Assembly (NCBI GenBank): GCA_041663425.1
Contig: JBAYMS010000001.1
Location: forward strand, 8,884-72,883
Length of the DNA stretch: 64,000 nt
DNA from: Candidatus Omnitrophota bacterium
GTDB lineage: Bacteria; Omnitrophota; Gorgyraeia; 2-01-FULL-45-10
Reading direction: 5' to 3'
Shown here in pieces: positions 9,718 to 22,761 of the stretch. The notes beneath the pieces are model-generated. The model did not search any database and was not told the origin of the DNA. It saw only the letters and a list, made by a program, of their open reading frames with translations. Position 1 is the first letter of the stretch, and every line of letters starts with the position of its first letter. The position numbers were made by a program, and so were the translations under genes.

Positions 9718-11514
9718 TCACCTCACTTTCTCTTTGATCTCTTTATTTATCATCTGAATAAATTCTTCACCTGTCATTATACCCATATCTCCCTGAGCCT
9801 TAGACCTTATGGAAAGAACTTCTCCGGCGGCCTCTTTCTCGCCCACGATTATCATGTATGGGATCTTTTCAATCTCCGCATCCCGTATTTTTTTCTGCAA
9901 TCTTTCATTTCTGGAATCCAAAGAAACCCTTATATTCTGCTCAACCATATTCGCTTCAACTTTTTTCGCATAGCTGAGAGCTTTGTCAGATATCGGTATT
10001 ATAATACACTGAACCGGCGCAAGCCATAAGGGCATCGCACCCGCAAAATGTTCTATCAATGCGCCCATGAATCTTTCCAGAGAACCCAGTATTACCCTGT
10101 GAAGCATTATCGGGCGGTATTCTTTGCCGTCCTGGCCTATATATTTAAGGTTAAACCTCTCTGGAAGAGCGAAATCGCACTGGATCGTTGCGCACTGCCA
10201 TTCACGCTTAAGAGCATCTTTCAGTTTGATATCTATTTTGGGCCCGTAAAAAGCGCCGTCGCCTTCATTTATCGTGTAATTCAGGTATTTGCGTTTTAAT
10301 GCCTGGATCAGCGCCCGCTCAGCCGCTTCCCAGTCAGCATCGTTGCCTATAGATTTCTCCGGCCTGGTCGATACCTCGACGGAGAAATCCTCAAATCCAA
10401 AGACATTCAGAGTATCTATAACAAAGTTGATGACCTTTATTATCTCGTCCTCAACCTGATCTCTCAAACAGAATATGTGCGCATCATCCTGTGTAAATCC
10501 CCTGACCCTGAGAAGGCCGTGCAGAACTCCGGATTTTTCGTTTCTGTAAACAGTCCCCAGTTCAAAATATCTTAACGGCAGATCTTTGTAGCTTCTCGTT
10601 TTTGACCTGTAAACCAGGATGTGTCCCGGACAATTCATAGGCTTTATCGCATATTCCTGGCCCTCGATCTTGAACATGTACATATTTTCTTTATAATAAT
10701 CGTAATGGCCTGACTCTATCCAGATATCGCTCTTCATTATGTGCGGGCCCAGGACGAGCTCATAACCGCGCCTTAAATGCTCTCTTTTTATATAATCTTC
10801 TATGATGCTTCGAAGCCGCGCGCCTTTAGGATGATACAGCACTAACCCGGGACCAACCTCTTCATTGAAACTGAAATATTCCAGCTGCTTGCCAAGCACT
10901 CTGTGATCTCTCTTGCCGGCTTCTTCCAGGAGCGTCAAATAGCTCTGCAGCTCGTTTTCTGTTTCAAAAGCTGTCCCGTATATTCTCTGCAGCATCGGGT
11001 TGGTTTCTATACCGTGCCAATATGCTCCGGCTATCGAAAGCAATTTAAAAGCTTTTATCTGCCCTGTTGATTCAATGTGCGGCCCGCGGCACAGGTCTAT
11101 AAAATCTCCGTCCTGATATATGGTGACAACGGCTTCGGGGATTTTTTCGATTAACTCAACTTTATATTTCTCTTTTAATTTTTTAAAAAGCTTTATCGCC
11201 TCAGCCTTTTTCATCTCTTTTTTTTCAAACTTATAGTCTTTTTTTATGATCTCCTGCATCCTGTTCTCTATAAGCTCTATATCTTCCGGCGTGAAGGGAT
11301 CTTCCATGTCAAAATCGTAATAGAAACCATCTTCAATAGACGGCCCTATGGCAAGTTTTGCGTCGGGCCATAAACTTTTTACCGCCTGCGCCATAACGTG
11401 TGCAGTAGAATGTCTTAGTGTTGCTAAATCCATATACAATCTTTCTATTTTTTGTAGCCCCTCATCCTCATGAGCTAAACCGTATAGACCCGGGATAATC
11501 TTGCCCGAGCACAA
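9718..11514 (-). CDS. thrS: Threonine--tRNA ligase, short form with no obvious TGS domain
   Basis: It has class II catalytic and anticodon-binding regions and a RHSTAHVMAQA editing/N2-like start. An alternative ATG at 11433 would give 571 aa. Confidence 0.9.
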   Translation of the reverse strand: MCSGKIIPGLYGLAHEDEGLQKIERLYMDLATLRHSTAHVMAQAVKSLWPDAKLAIGPSIEDGFYYDFDMEDPFTPEDIELIENRMQEIIKKDYKFEKKEMKKAEAIKLFKKLKEKYKVELIEKIPEAVVTIYQDGDFIDLCRGPHIESTGQIKAFKLLSIAGAYWHGIETNPMLQRIYGTAFETENELQSYLTLLEEAGKRDHRVLGKQLEYFSFNEEVGPGLVLYHPKGARLRSIIEDYIKREHLRRGYELVLGPHIMKSDIWIESGHYDYYKENMYMFKIEGQEYAIKPMNCPGHILVYRSKTRSYKDLPLRYFELGTVYRNEKSGVLHGLLRVRGFTQDDAHIFCLRDQVEDEIIKVINFVIDTLNVFGFEDFSVEVSTRPEKSIGNDADWEAAERALIQALKRKYLNYTINEGDGAFYGPKIDIKLKDALKREWQCATIQCDFALPERFNLKYIGQDGKEYRPIMLHRVILGSLERFMGALIEHFAGAMPLWLAPVQCIIIPISDKALSYAKKVEANMVEQNIRVSLDSRNERLQKKIRDAEIEKIPYMIIVGEKEAAGEVLSIRSKAQGDMGIMTGEEFIQMINKEIKEKVR

Positions 11515-11526
11515 CTACGGCAAAAC

Positions 11527-11613
11527 TGGTGCCGGGAGGGGGGGTCGAACCCCCGTGGCCTTGCGGCCGAGGGATTTTAAGTCCCTTGCGTCTGCCAATT
11601 CCGCCATCCCGGC
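11527..11613 (-). tRNA. tRNA-Leu (anticodon TAA), with a long variable arm
   Basis: The reverse complement is GCCGGGATGGCGGAATTGGCAGACGCAAGGGACTTAAAATCCCTCGGCCGCAAGGCCACGGGGGTTCGACCCCCCTCCCGGCACCA. It has a cloverleaf, an anticodon loop CUUAAAA and an encoded CCA. Confidence 0.85.
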
Positions 11614-11928
11614 GTATTTATATCGTTCCCGGTCTTTTAAGGAAAATCACATAGACTTCCCAAGCACACAAAAGATATAAGATGCTAGGGATGATTTGTC
11701 TGGCTGAGATGACAGCAAATCACGAGACAGCTTCGCTATATTTACTATTTAAGCGGAACCGGTAGTAAAAAAAACACCTGCTCCTACAAAATTATCCTTA
11801 AATTCGTAAGCGCTATTATATAATTATTAATAATAATAGGCAAGGTTTTTCTCGATTAATAGAGGCGGGCCGGTGATATGTGGTCCAGAATGCTGAAATA
11901 CTTAAAAACAATGGGTATTTAACAAAAT

Positions 11929-12008
11929 TGGCGTCCCCATGGGGATTCGAACCCCAGTCGTCAGAATGAAAATCTGATGTCCTAGGCCAGGCTAGACGAT
12001 GGGGACGC
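11929..12008 (-). tRNA. tRNA-Glu (anticodon TTC)
   Basis: The reverse complement is GCGTCCCCATCGTCTAGCCTGGCCTAGGACATCAGATTTTCATTCTGACGACTGGGGTTCGAATCCCCATGGGGACGCCA, which has a GTCCCC...TTC Glu-type signature. Confidence 0.85.
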
Positions 12009-12017
12009 TCTTAAAAT

Positions 12018-14606
12018 TTACTTCTTCCGCTTTATCGTTTTCTTCTTGCTCTTGTCTTCTGTCTTCTTAGGCTCAGGCTTAACTTCTTTATCAACCTCTG
12101 CCGATACTTCTTCCTTAAGCTCTGTTTTTACAGTTTCTGGCTTAACAGGCTCTGCTTTAACCGGTTCTATTTTTTCGCTTTCATCTTCAGGAACTATTTT
12201 TGCTACAGACGCTACTTTGTCACCTGCATCCAGCCTCATCAGCCGGACACCTTGCGTAGAGCGGCCTGTGCTGCGGATATCTTTTATCGGGCAACGGACT
12301 ATCATGCCTTTTTCGGTCATGAGTATTATTTCATCTTTATCTGAAACGGTTGTAAGGCCTACCGCTTCACCGTTTTTACCCGTAACTTTGATATTTATAA
12401 TACCTTTTCCGCCCCTAGATTGCAACCTATATTCTTTAAATGAAGTTCTTTTGCCAAACCCCTGTCCCGTCACTGTCAGGACCGTCTGGTCGGCACGGAC
12501 AACTTCCATAGCAATACACTCATCTTTTTTGCCCAGAGTTACACCCTTAACACCCTTGGCTGCCCTGCCCATATCGCGCACTTGAGACTCTTTAAATCTT
12601 ATGGCCTTGCCTTCTTTGGTCGCCATCAGAAGCTCATCGTCGCCGGAAGTCATCTCTACTTCAATAAGCGCGTCATCTTTTTCAAGACCAATACCGATGA
12701 TGCCGCCTTTTCTCGGATTTGAGTAGGCTGTAAGAGCTGTTTTCTTGATAAGGCCGTTCTTTGTGCACATCATCAGGAAGCTGCCTTCTTTAAATTCTCT
12801 CACAGGCACAAATGCACTGATCTTCTCTCCTGCAACAAGCGAAAGCATATTCACTATCGCTTTGCCTTTGGATAGCCTACCGCCTTCGGGGATCTCATGA
12901 ACTTTGAGCCAGCGGACAGTGCCTTTATCACTGAAAAACAGCATATAGTCGTGGGTCGAGGCAATAAATAAGTGTTCGACAAAATCTTCTTCCTTCATAT
13001 CCGCACCGGTCACACCTTTACCGCCGCGATGCTGCTTTTTGTAACTGGAAACAGGGAGCCTCTTTATATAACCTGAGTGGCTAATCGTTACTACCACATC
13101 CTCTTCGGCTATCAGGTCTTCTATTTCCAGCTCTTCGGCCTCAGGCGCTACTTCCGTCCTTCTTTCATCGCCGAACTTTTCAGACAAAGCATTCATTTCT
13201 TCTTTTATGATCTCAAGGACTTTTTTCTCGCTCGCAAGAATAGATTTCAGGAATTCGATCTTCTTTATAAGTTCCAGGTATTCTTTTTCTATCTTGTCGC
13301 GTTCCAGGCCTGTCAGACGCTGTAATTGCATTTCAAGGATCGCCGTTGCCTGTTTTTCGGATAGCCCAAATTTTTTCATCAGCTCTACTTTAGCTATCTG
13401 CGGATTTGCCGATTCTTTTATAACTTTTATGATCTTTTCGAGATTGTCCAGCGCTATCTTTAATCCCTCAAGGATGTGCGCCCTATCCTGGGCTTTCGCA
13501 AGTTCAAATTTAGTTCTCCGGACAATTACTATTTTCCGGTGTTTTATAAATTCATCCAGAATTTCTTTCAGATTTAAAACTTTTGGTCTGCCGCCGACTA
13601 GCGCCAGCATAATAACACCGAAAGTTTCCTGCATCTGTGTATGTTTATACAGCTGATTCAATACGACATGCGCATTAGCACCGCGTTTCAGATCTATCAC
13701 TATCCGCATTCCGTCCTTATCGGATTCATCCCGCAAATCGGAAATGCCCTCTATTTTTTTATCTTGGATCAGGTCTGCTATAGATTTAATAAGATTTGCT
13801 TTATTGACCTGATATGGGATCTCTTTAACTATAATGGCTTCCTTGCCGCTCTTCTGTTCTTCGATGAAAGCCTTCGCATTTATTTTAAGACGCCCCCGCC
13901 CTGTCGTATATGCGTTCTTTATGCCGTCATAACCGCGGATTATTCCGCCCGTCGGGAAATCAGGTCCTTTTACTTTTTTTAGAAGGTCTTTCGATTCGCA
14001 CTCAGGATTGTCTATCACATAAATAACCGCGTCACATATCTCTCTTAAGTTGTGCGGAGGGATATTGGTTGCCATACCAACAGCTATGCCGCTCGATCCG
14101 TTAACCAGAAGATACGGCAGGCATGTGGGAAGAAGCGACGGCTCCTGAAGCGACCCGTCAAAGTTCGGAACAAAATCTACAGTGTCTTTTTCGATATCGA
14201 GAAGCATCTGATCGGTTATATGTTCAAGGCGCGCTTCCGTATACCTCATAGCAGCCGCGGAATCACCGTCTATCGAACCGAAATTTCCCTGCCCGTCAAC
14301 TAAAGGATAACGCAACGAAAAATCCTGTGCTAAACGCACAAGGGTCTCGTAAACCGCACTATCGCCATGCGGATGATATTTACCTAAAACTTCTCCGACT
14401 ATTCTTGCGCATTTTTTATATGGCTTAGTATGTTCTAGGCTAAGTTCCTTCATCGCGTAGAGGACTCTCCTGTGAACCGGCTTCAACCCGTCGCGAACGT
14501 CCGGCAGTGCGCGGCCGACAATAACGCTCATCGCGTAATTGATATACGAATCTTTCATCTCTTCTTCTATGTATCTCGGTAATACTTTTTCGTTACGTGT
14601 ATACAT
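12018..14606 (-). CDS. gyrA: DNA gyrase subunit A
   Basis: The N-terminus is [52 protein letters not shown]. It has a C-terminal beta-pinwheel region and a lysine-rich EPVK-repeat tail. Confidence 0.95.
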   Translation of the reverse strand: MYTRNEKVLPRYIEEEMKDSYINYAMSVIVGRALPDVRDGLKPVHRRVLYAMKELSLEHTKPYKKCARIVGEVLGKYHPHGDSAVYETLVRLAQDFSLRYPLVDGQGNFGSIDGDSAAAMRYTEARLEHITDQMLLDIEKDTVDFVPNFDGSLQEPSLLPTCLPYLLVNGSSGIAVGMATNIPPHNLREICDAVIYVIDNPECESKDLLKKVKGPDFPTGGIIRGYDGIKNAYTTGRGRLKINAKAFIEEQKSGKEAIIVKEIPYQVNKANLIKSIADLIQDKKIEGISDLRDESDKDGMRIVIDLKRGANAHVVLNQLYKHTQMQETFGVIMLALVGGRPKVLNLKEILDEFIKHRKIVIVRRTKFELAKAQDRAHILEGLKIALDNLEKIIKVIKESANPQIAKVELMKKFGLSEKQATAILEMQLQRLTGLERDKIEKEYLELIKKIEFLKSILASEKKVLEIIKEEMNALSEKFGDERRTEVAPEAEELEIEDLIAEEDVVVTISHSGYIKRLPVSSYKKQHRGGKGVTGADMKEEDFVEHLFIASTHDYMLFFSDKGTVRWLKVHEIPEGGRLSKGKAIVNMLSLVAGEKISAFVPVREFKEGSFLMMCTKNGLIKKTALTAYSNPRKGGIIGIGLEKDDALIEVEMTSGDDELLMATKEGKAIRFKESQVRDMGRAAKGVKGVTLGKKDECIAMEVVRADQTVLTVTGQGFGKRTSFKEYRLQSRGGKGIINIKVTGKNGEAVGLTTVSDKDEIILMTEKGMIVRCPIKDIRSTGRSTQGVRLMRLDAGDKVASVAKIVPEDESEKIEPVKAEPVKPETVKTELKEEVSAEVDKEVKPEPKKTEDKSKKKTIKRKK

Positions 14607-14625
14607 TTTCTCTCCTGAAATTTTT

Positions 14626-17392
<2,767 letters not shown>

Positions 17393-17396
<4 letters not shown>

Positions 17397-18490
17397 GTGA
17401 TTTGCATTGGAAGGACTACATATATATATTCGGCACCTATTCTAACAACGCCCGGTTTTTCCGGGTCGGTTACCTCGAAAGCGATTTTTTCAATTTCAGT
17501 ATTTTTTAAAAAGTCTATTAAGTAATTGGGATTGAACCCGACAGATATTTCCTTACCTTTATATTCTGCATCTATCTCTACCCGCGCCTCCCCTAAATAC
17601 GGTGTGCTTTTAGAGATCACCACTTTATCCTTACCGAGATCCATTTTTATTGCCGCGGAATCCTGGTTCGTAAACAAAGCTGCTCTTTTAACTGCCGATA
17701 AGAATATGTTTTTAGATAAGATTATTTTATCTTTGGCTTCTTTTGGTATAACCTGCTCGTAATTAGGGAATTCTCCCTCTATTAATCGTGATACAAGCCG
17801 CGTTTTACCCATATCAAAAAATATCTGGTTCTCGCTGAAACATATTTTAACTTCGCCGTCATCACCCAATGATTTATCAAGCTCATTAACAGCTTTTGTC
17901 GGCACTATAAATTTACGTTCAAGTGTTTTTGGTAATTGTAGCTTATCCTCAACCATTGCAAGACGTCTTCCGTCTGTAGCAACAAGTCTTATATATGTAG
18001 GTTTTATTACAAACAGAACTCCATTTAAAACATATCTGGATTCATCGTGGCTTATTGCGAATGATGTAAGCTTCATCATTGATTTTAGTTTTTTTTGCTG
18101 CAGCACCAAAGATTCTTTATCTTTAAATTCTGGCAGTTGTGGAAATTCTTCTTTTGGCAACCCCATTATTTTAAACACACTTTTCCCGCATTCAATGTTT
18201 ACGAGATTGTTTTTTTTCACCGAAACTGATATAGGTTCACCGTCAGGTAGTTCCTTAACTATATCTGAGAATTTTTTTGCAGGTATTGTTATAGCTCCGG
18301 TTATTTGTGGTTTTAGAGTTATTTTTGATGTTATTCCTATATCAAGATCTGTTGTTGTTAGTATTAAATTATCTTCCGTTGCTTCTATAAGAATGTTTGA
18401 TAGTATAGGAAGACTTGATTTTGAGCTTATAGCAGATTGAACTTCTTGGATACCTTTTAATAGCACATCTTTCGTTGTATTAAATTTCAT
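17393..18490 (-). CDS. dnaN: DNA polymerase III beta sliding clamp
   Basis: It is 365 aa and reads MKFNTTKDVLLKGIQEVQSAISSKSSLPILSNILIEA. It is directly downstream of dnaA. Confidence 0.95.
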
Positions 18491-18722
18491 CCCAAAAAAT
18501 CTCCCAAATTTATTCAGCCAAGGTGTCGGCTAAGTGTCGATATCCACCGATATCAACCTTCTATTACAAAACCTTATTTAATTTAAAAGTAACAGAATTA
18601 GTAGAGCCTGTTGATAAGTTAGTAACTTTTTAATATATTGCAAAATAACGACTTAAAAACAATTAAAACCAGCCGGAACCTATAAAACTTATCAACACAA
18701 CTAACAACATATACCCAAAAAG
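18491..18722. promoter_or_regulatory. AT-rich dnaA-dnaN intergenic region with inverted DnaA-box-like 9-mers (candidate oriC/DUE segment)
   Basis: TGTTGATAA at 18609-18617 (the reverse complement of TTATCAACA) and TTATCAACA at 18689-18697 each differ from TTATCCACA by one mismatch. The region is strongly AT-rich. Confidence 0.5.
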
Positions 18723-20096
18723 TTAATTCTTAATGCTTTGTATCAACTTATCCACTATCGTCTTTAAACCAGTTTTATTTTTTAGTTCGTTTTCAATTTT
18801 TTCACAGGCATGGATAACGGTTGTGTGATCCCTGCCGCCAAACTGGTCGCCGATTTCAGGAAGAGAAAAATCGGTCAATTGCCTGGCCAGATACATTGCG
18901 ATCTGTCTCGGGTATGCGATTGCCTTGCTTCTTTTCTTCGCCCGCATATCTGAAAGCTTTATATCAAAATATTCAGCGACTTTTTTCTGGATGAGATCGA
19001 TCGTTATTTTTTTCTCACCCTCTATTATCATATCTTTTAAAACTTCTTTAGCCAGCTCAACAGAAACGTCCTTGCCGATAAGTTTCGCATATGCAACTAC
19101 CCGGATCAGCGCACCCTCAAGCTCTCTTATGTTTGTCTTTACTTTCTCAGCTAAAAAATAAAACACATCTTCTGATAATGCTATCGTTTCCTTCTCGGAT
19201 TTCTTTTTCAGTATCGCGGTGCGCGTTTCGAAATCCGGCGGCTGGATGTCAGTCACAAGCCCCCACTCAAACCTTGAAATAAGGCGCTCTTCAAGAGACT
19301 GTATCTCTTTCGGAGGGCGGTCGCTTGTAACCACTATCTGTTTATGTGCATCATAAAGAGCGTTAAAGGTGTGGAAGAATTCTTCCTGGGTTGATTCCTT
19401 ACCCGCTATGAATTGTATATCATCTATAAGAAGAATGTCAACATTGCGGTACTTTTCTCTGAACTTCTGCGTCGAGCGATTCTGTATCGAGCTTATAAGC
19501 TGATTTGTAAATTCTTCACTCGAAATATACAGAACTTTTGATTTGGGTGTTTTGTGCAGAGCGCTTTGTCCGATAGCATGCATCAGGTGGGTCTTTCCGA
19601 GCCCGACGCCGCCGTATATAAAAAGAGGGTTGTATGCTTTTGCCGGCGACTCAGAAACAGCCATTGATGCCGCATGCGCAAACCTGTTGCTCGGACCTAT
19701 GACAAAACTGTCAAAAGTGTATTTTGGGCTCAATCCTATTTCTTTAGCTGTGTCCGACGCCTGCCTTACAAAAGGCCAGAAAGGTTTGGATTCTTTTTTC
19801 TGCTCTTCCGGTTTAATTTTTTTAGCCGTATCATCTTCAGGTTTTTCACACAAGACAAAATCTATACGCACTTCTTTACCGACAACTTTTTTTACAGACT
19901 CTGTAAGAAGCGGCATGTAACGATCGAGCAGCCATACCTGGAAAAATTTATTCGGCACTTCCAATAAAATAGCTTCATCTGAAAGAGAGATGAATTTTAT
20001 AGGGCTGAACCATATGTTGTAGGTCTGATCATTTGAGAGATCTTTTTTAATGATCTCCAAAGCCATAGACCAGATAGAGGTATTGTCTGATGTCAC
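18723..20096 (-). CDS. dnaA: Chromosomal replication initiator protein DnaA
   Basis: It has an AAA+ domain (GGVGLGKTHLMHAIG) and a C-terminal DnaA-box binding domain. Confidence 0.95.
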   Translation of the reverse strand: MTSDNTSIWSMALEIIKKDLSNDQTYNIWFSPIKFISLSDEAILLEVPNKFFQVWLLDRYMPLLTESVKKVVGKEVRIDFVLCEKPEDDTAKKIKPEEQKKESKPFWPFVRQASDTAKEIGLSPKYTFDSFVIGPSNRFAHAASMAVSESPAKAYNPLFIYGGVGLGKTHLMHAIGQSALHKTPKSKVLYISSEEFTNQLISSIQNRSTQKFREKYRNVDILLIDDIQFIAGKESTQEEFFHTFNALYDAHKQIVVTSDRPPKEIQSLEERLISRFEWGLVTDIQPPDFETRTAILKKKSEKETIALSEDVFYFLAEKVKTNIRELEGALIRVVAYAKLIGKDVSVELAKEVLKDMIIEGEKKITIDLIQKKVAEYFDIKLSDMRAKKRSKAIAYPRQIAMYLARQLTDFSLPEIGDQFGGRDHTTVIHACEKIENELKNKTGLKTIVDKLIQSIKN

Positions 20097-20327
20097 GGAA
20101 TGCCTTTAGTTTACGGAATTAATGTTATCCACAGCTAAACAAGCACGGTTTCAACACAAAACCGAAAGTTATGCACAAGTTGTGCACAACCGTTTTCAGC
20201 ATTGGGACACCATTATAATGAATGAAATAGGTTTTTGCAACACAAAAGATATATTTTTTGTTGACGGAATTATTTGTTATGATATAATTACGATACCGAA
20301 AGTGTCTAAAATTAGAAAGGGACAACA
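20097..20327. promoter_or_regulatory. dnaA-rpmH intergenic region with DnaA boxes and the rpmH promoter (candidate oriC/dnaA control region)
   Basis: TTATCCACA at 20125-20133 and TTATGCACA at 20169-20177 are perfect DnaA boxes. TTGTGCACA at 20182-20190 has one mismatch. A sigma70-like -35 TTGACG (20261-20266) and an extended -10 TGATATAAT (-10 hexamer 20283-20288) have a 16-nt spacer and lie upstream of rpmH. Confidence 0.6.
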
Positions 20328-20465
20328 ATGAAATACGGATTAACATGCAAATCGAACCTAAAACGTAAACGAAAACATGGTTTCAGGAAACGAATGAAAG
20401 ACCGTTGGGGCAGAGAAGTGCTTAAAAGGCGCAGACAGAAAGGCCGGCACAAGCTTACTGTATGA
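20328..20465 (+). CDS. rpmH: 50S ribosomal protein L34 (45 aa; not in the ORF track)
   Basis: My own translation is [45 protein letters not shown], which matches L34. Its stop overlaps the rnpA start (ATGA). Confidence 0.9.
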   Translation: MKYGLTCKSNLKRKRKHGFRKRMKDRWGREVLKRRRQKGRHKLTV

Positions 20466-20821
20466 TCTCCGACGAGAGATTCTGTAAAAAAGAACATATT
20501 CTCAAGTCAAAAGAGTTCAGTAAAGTATATAAAAAAGGATCGGCAGGCAGGATAAGCGGAGTTGTTTTGTATTGCCTGGAAAATAAGCTTGAGCACAATC
20601 GTTTGGGTTTTTCAATAGGGTCAAAAAATATTAAGCGCGCCACGTCCCGCAACCGCATACGAAGGTTGTTTAGAGAAGCTTACCGGAAAAATAAACGTAA
20701 ATTTAAGTGCGGCTTTGATATTGTTATGGTAGTGCGAAAAGACCTGCACAAGGATCTGACTTACAATTCCGCAGAAGCCGCTTTTTTGAAACTTGCTAAA
20801 GAGGTAAATCTGGCGGTATAA
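20462..20821 (+). CDS. rnpA: Ribonuclease P protein component
   Basis: It is 119 aa, basic, and follows rpmH in the usual order. It reads [22 protein letters not shown]. Confidence 0.9.
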   Translation: MISDERFCKKEHILKSKEFSKVYKKGSAGRISGVVLYCLENKLEHNRLGFSIGSKNIKRATSRNRIRRLFREAYRKNKRKFKCGFDIVMVVRKDLHKDLTYNSAEAAFLKLAKEVNLAV

Positions 20822-20837
20822 AAATCAGCGCGGGCAT

Positions 20838-21047
20838 ATGAAAAAAGTAGTAATTTTCCTATTAAATTTTTATCGTAAATATCTATCCCCATTGAAGTTG
20901 CAATGTTGTAGGTTCTATCCAACCTGCTCACAATATACTGTAGAATCCGTTGAGAAATACGGGGTTTTAAGAGGTTTGTTAAAAGGTGCAAAACGTATCC
21001 TTAGGTGCCATCCTTTTGCTAAGGGCGGATACGATCCAGTAGCATAG
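20838..21047 (+). CDS. yidD: Membrane protein insertion efficiency factor YidD
   Basis: It is 69 aa and reads [31 protein letters not shown]. Confidence 0.9.
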   Translation: MKKVVIFLLNFYRKYLSPLKLQCCRFYPTCSQYTVESVEKYGVLRGLLKGAKRILRCHPFAKGGYDPVA

Positions 21048-21077
21048 TCCTAAAAGGCGTGCTTAAAAAGGAGATCG

Positions 21078-22664
21078 ATGGAAAAGAAGCTTATAACAGC
21101 AATAGCATTATCGATATTAATCATCGTAACATTCCAGTATTTTTCGCCAAAACCAACTCCTCCCCCAGCCGTTCAGGTGCAAGGTGAAGCAGGCGCTATA
21201 AAGAAAGAGATCGAGGTCATACCTGTAGCTGAGCCAAAGAATTTACCCGAAGAGAAAGAAACCGAAGTCGTAACCGGTAAATATATTTTTACATTTAGTA
21301 ACATCGGCGGGTCAATTAAGGAAATAAAGCTGGTTGACTATAAAGCGCTTGATTCTAAAGAACCTTTAAAATTAGTAGAAATAATAAATCCAAAAGATTA
21401 TATTTTTAATATAAGTAACATTAAAGGCACAGAAGTGCTGGACCTTGCCGGATATAATTTAAAAGGTAATGGTTCGGATCTGATATATGTGCTTACCACA
21501 AAAGATTTTGAGATACGGAAGAAATATATTTTACGTAAGTCAAGCTATGGCATAGACTTAGAGCTAAATATAAAAAACATTTCGGGCACCCCGAAAGAAT
21601 TTTCATATAGCATAATAAGCGGTGCAGGCCTTACCGAAAAGAGCGAACAGGATAAGAGGCTTATAGAAGCATCGGCAAATATCAATGGGAAGATGGTTGT
21701 GAGCAAACGGCCAAAACCAGGTGAGCGCACAACAAACTATGGTATAGCGGTATGGCAAGCGCTGAAAAATAAATATTTTTCGGTTATTTTGAAGCCATTC
21801 GCACAAACAAGCAGTGTTTATTCCACGGAAGACAACTCCGGTAATCTAATAATTGGTGTAAATGTTGAAAAGACCATAATACAACCAGGAGAGTCGATAG
21901 AAAATAAATATAGTTTATATGCCGGCCCAAGCAGCATACCAGACATGAAGGAGTTTGGATATGGCATAGAAGAATCTGTCAATTATGGATTTTTTGGCGG
22001 GATAAGTAAGATTTTAATAGTTGTGATGAGAATGTGCCACATGGCAGTTCGTAATTGGGGACTATCGATTATTCTTTTATCAGTGCTGCTGAACCTTGTA
22101 ACGCTTCCTCTTACCATGAAAAGTTTTAAATCCATGCAAAAGATGCAAGAATTGCATCCGCAAATGGAAAAACTAAAAGGGCAGTATAAAGACCAGCCTC
22201 AAAAGTTGAATAAAGAGATAATGGAGCTTTACAAAAAGTACAATATAAATCCGTTCAGCGGATGCCTACCTATATTGTTGCAGATGCCTATATTCATCGC
22301 TCTGTATCAAGCGCTGATGAAATCGATAGAACTTAGAAACGCGGGATTCCTATGGATTCGCGACTTATCATCGCCAGAGGCTATCCCTATCCCCATTTCA
22401 TTGCCAATAATAGGCAACACTATAAATATTTTACCGCTACTTATGGTTGGAGCGATGGTCGTTCAGCAAAAAATTTCAACCGCATCAGCCGGTTCGGCCA
22501 TTACCGAAGAGCAGAAGCAGCAGCAAAAAATAATGCTGATTGTTATGCCAATAATGTTCGGATTTATATTTTACAATATGCCGTCGGGATTAGTTTTATA
22601 CTGGATAGTAAATACTATCCTGACGATCACCGAACAAGCTTCGATATTACGTAAAGAAGCATGA
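21078..22664 (+). CDS. yidC: Membrane protein insertase YidC
   Basis: It has an N-terminal TM, a periplasmic domain and the C-terminal 5-TM YidC/Oxa1 core (PILLQMPIFIALYQAL). Confidence 0.9.
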   Translation: MEKKLITAIALSILIIVTFQYFSPKPTPPPAVQVQGEAGAIKKEIEVIPVAEPKNLPEEKETEVVTGKYIFTFSNIGGSIKEIKLVDYKALDSKEPLKLVEIINPKDYIFNISNIKGTEVLDLAGYNLKGNGSDLIYVLTTKDFEIRKKYILRKSSYGIDLELNIKNISGTPKEFSYSIISGAGLTEKSEQDKRLIEASANINGKMVVSKRPKPGERTTNYGIAVWQALKNKYFSVILKPFAQTSSVYSTEDNSGNLIIGVNVEKTIIQPGESIENKYSLYAGPSSIPDMKEFGYGIEESVNYGFFGGISKILIVVMRMCHMAVRNWGLSIILLSVLLNLVTLPLTMKSFKSMQKMQELHPQMEKLKGQYKDQPQKLNKEIMELYKKYNINPFSGCLPILLQMPIFIALYQALMKSIELRNAGFLWIRDLSSPEAIPIPISLPIIGNTINILPLLMVGAMVVQQKISTASAGSAITEEQKQQQKIMLIVMPIMFGFIFYNMPSGLVLYWIVNTILTITEQASILRKEA

Positions 22665-22717
22665 GCTTGGCGAATGCCTTGACAAACATGTTTTTATGAG
22701 GTATAGTTAAGAAAAAT

Positions 22718-22749
22718 AGTTCCACGTGGAAATTGTTCCACGGGGAACA
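22718..22749. promoter_or_regulatory. Two abutting parS-like centromere sites
   Basis: AGTTCCACGTGGAAAT (22718-22733) and TGTTCCACGGGGAACA (22734-22749) compare with the parS consensus TGTTCCACGTGGAACA. Both lie directly upstream of parA. Confidence 0.65.
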
Positions 22750-22761
22750 ATTTCAGGGAAA

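Noticed and set aside
22726-22761. parA start at 22726 as given in the ORF track
   Set aside because: This extension contains the two parS sites, and its peptide MEIVPRGTISGK looks like an artefact. The real start is MAKVIAIC at 22762.
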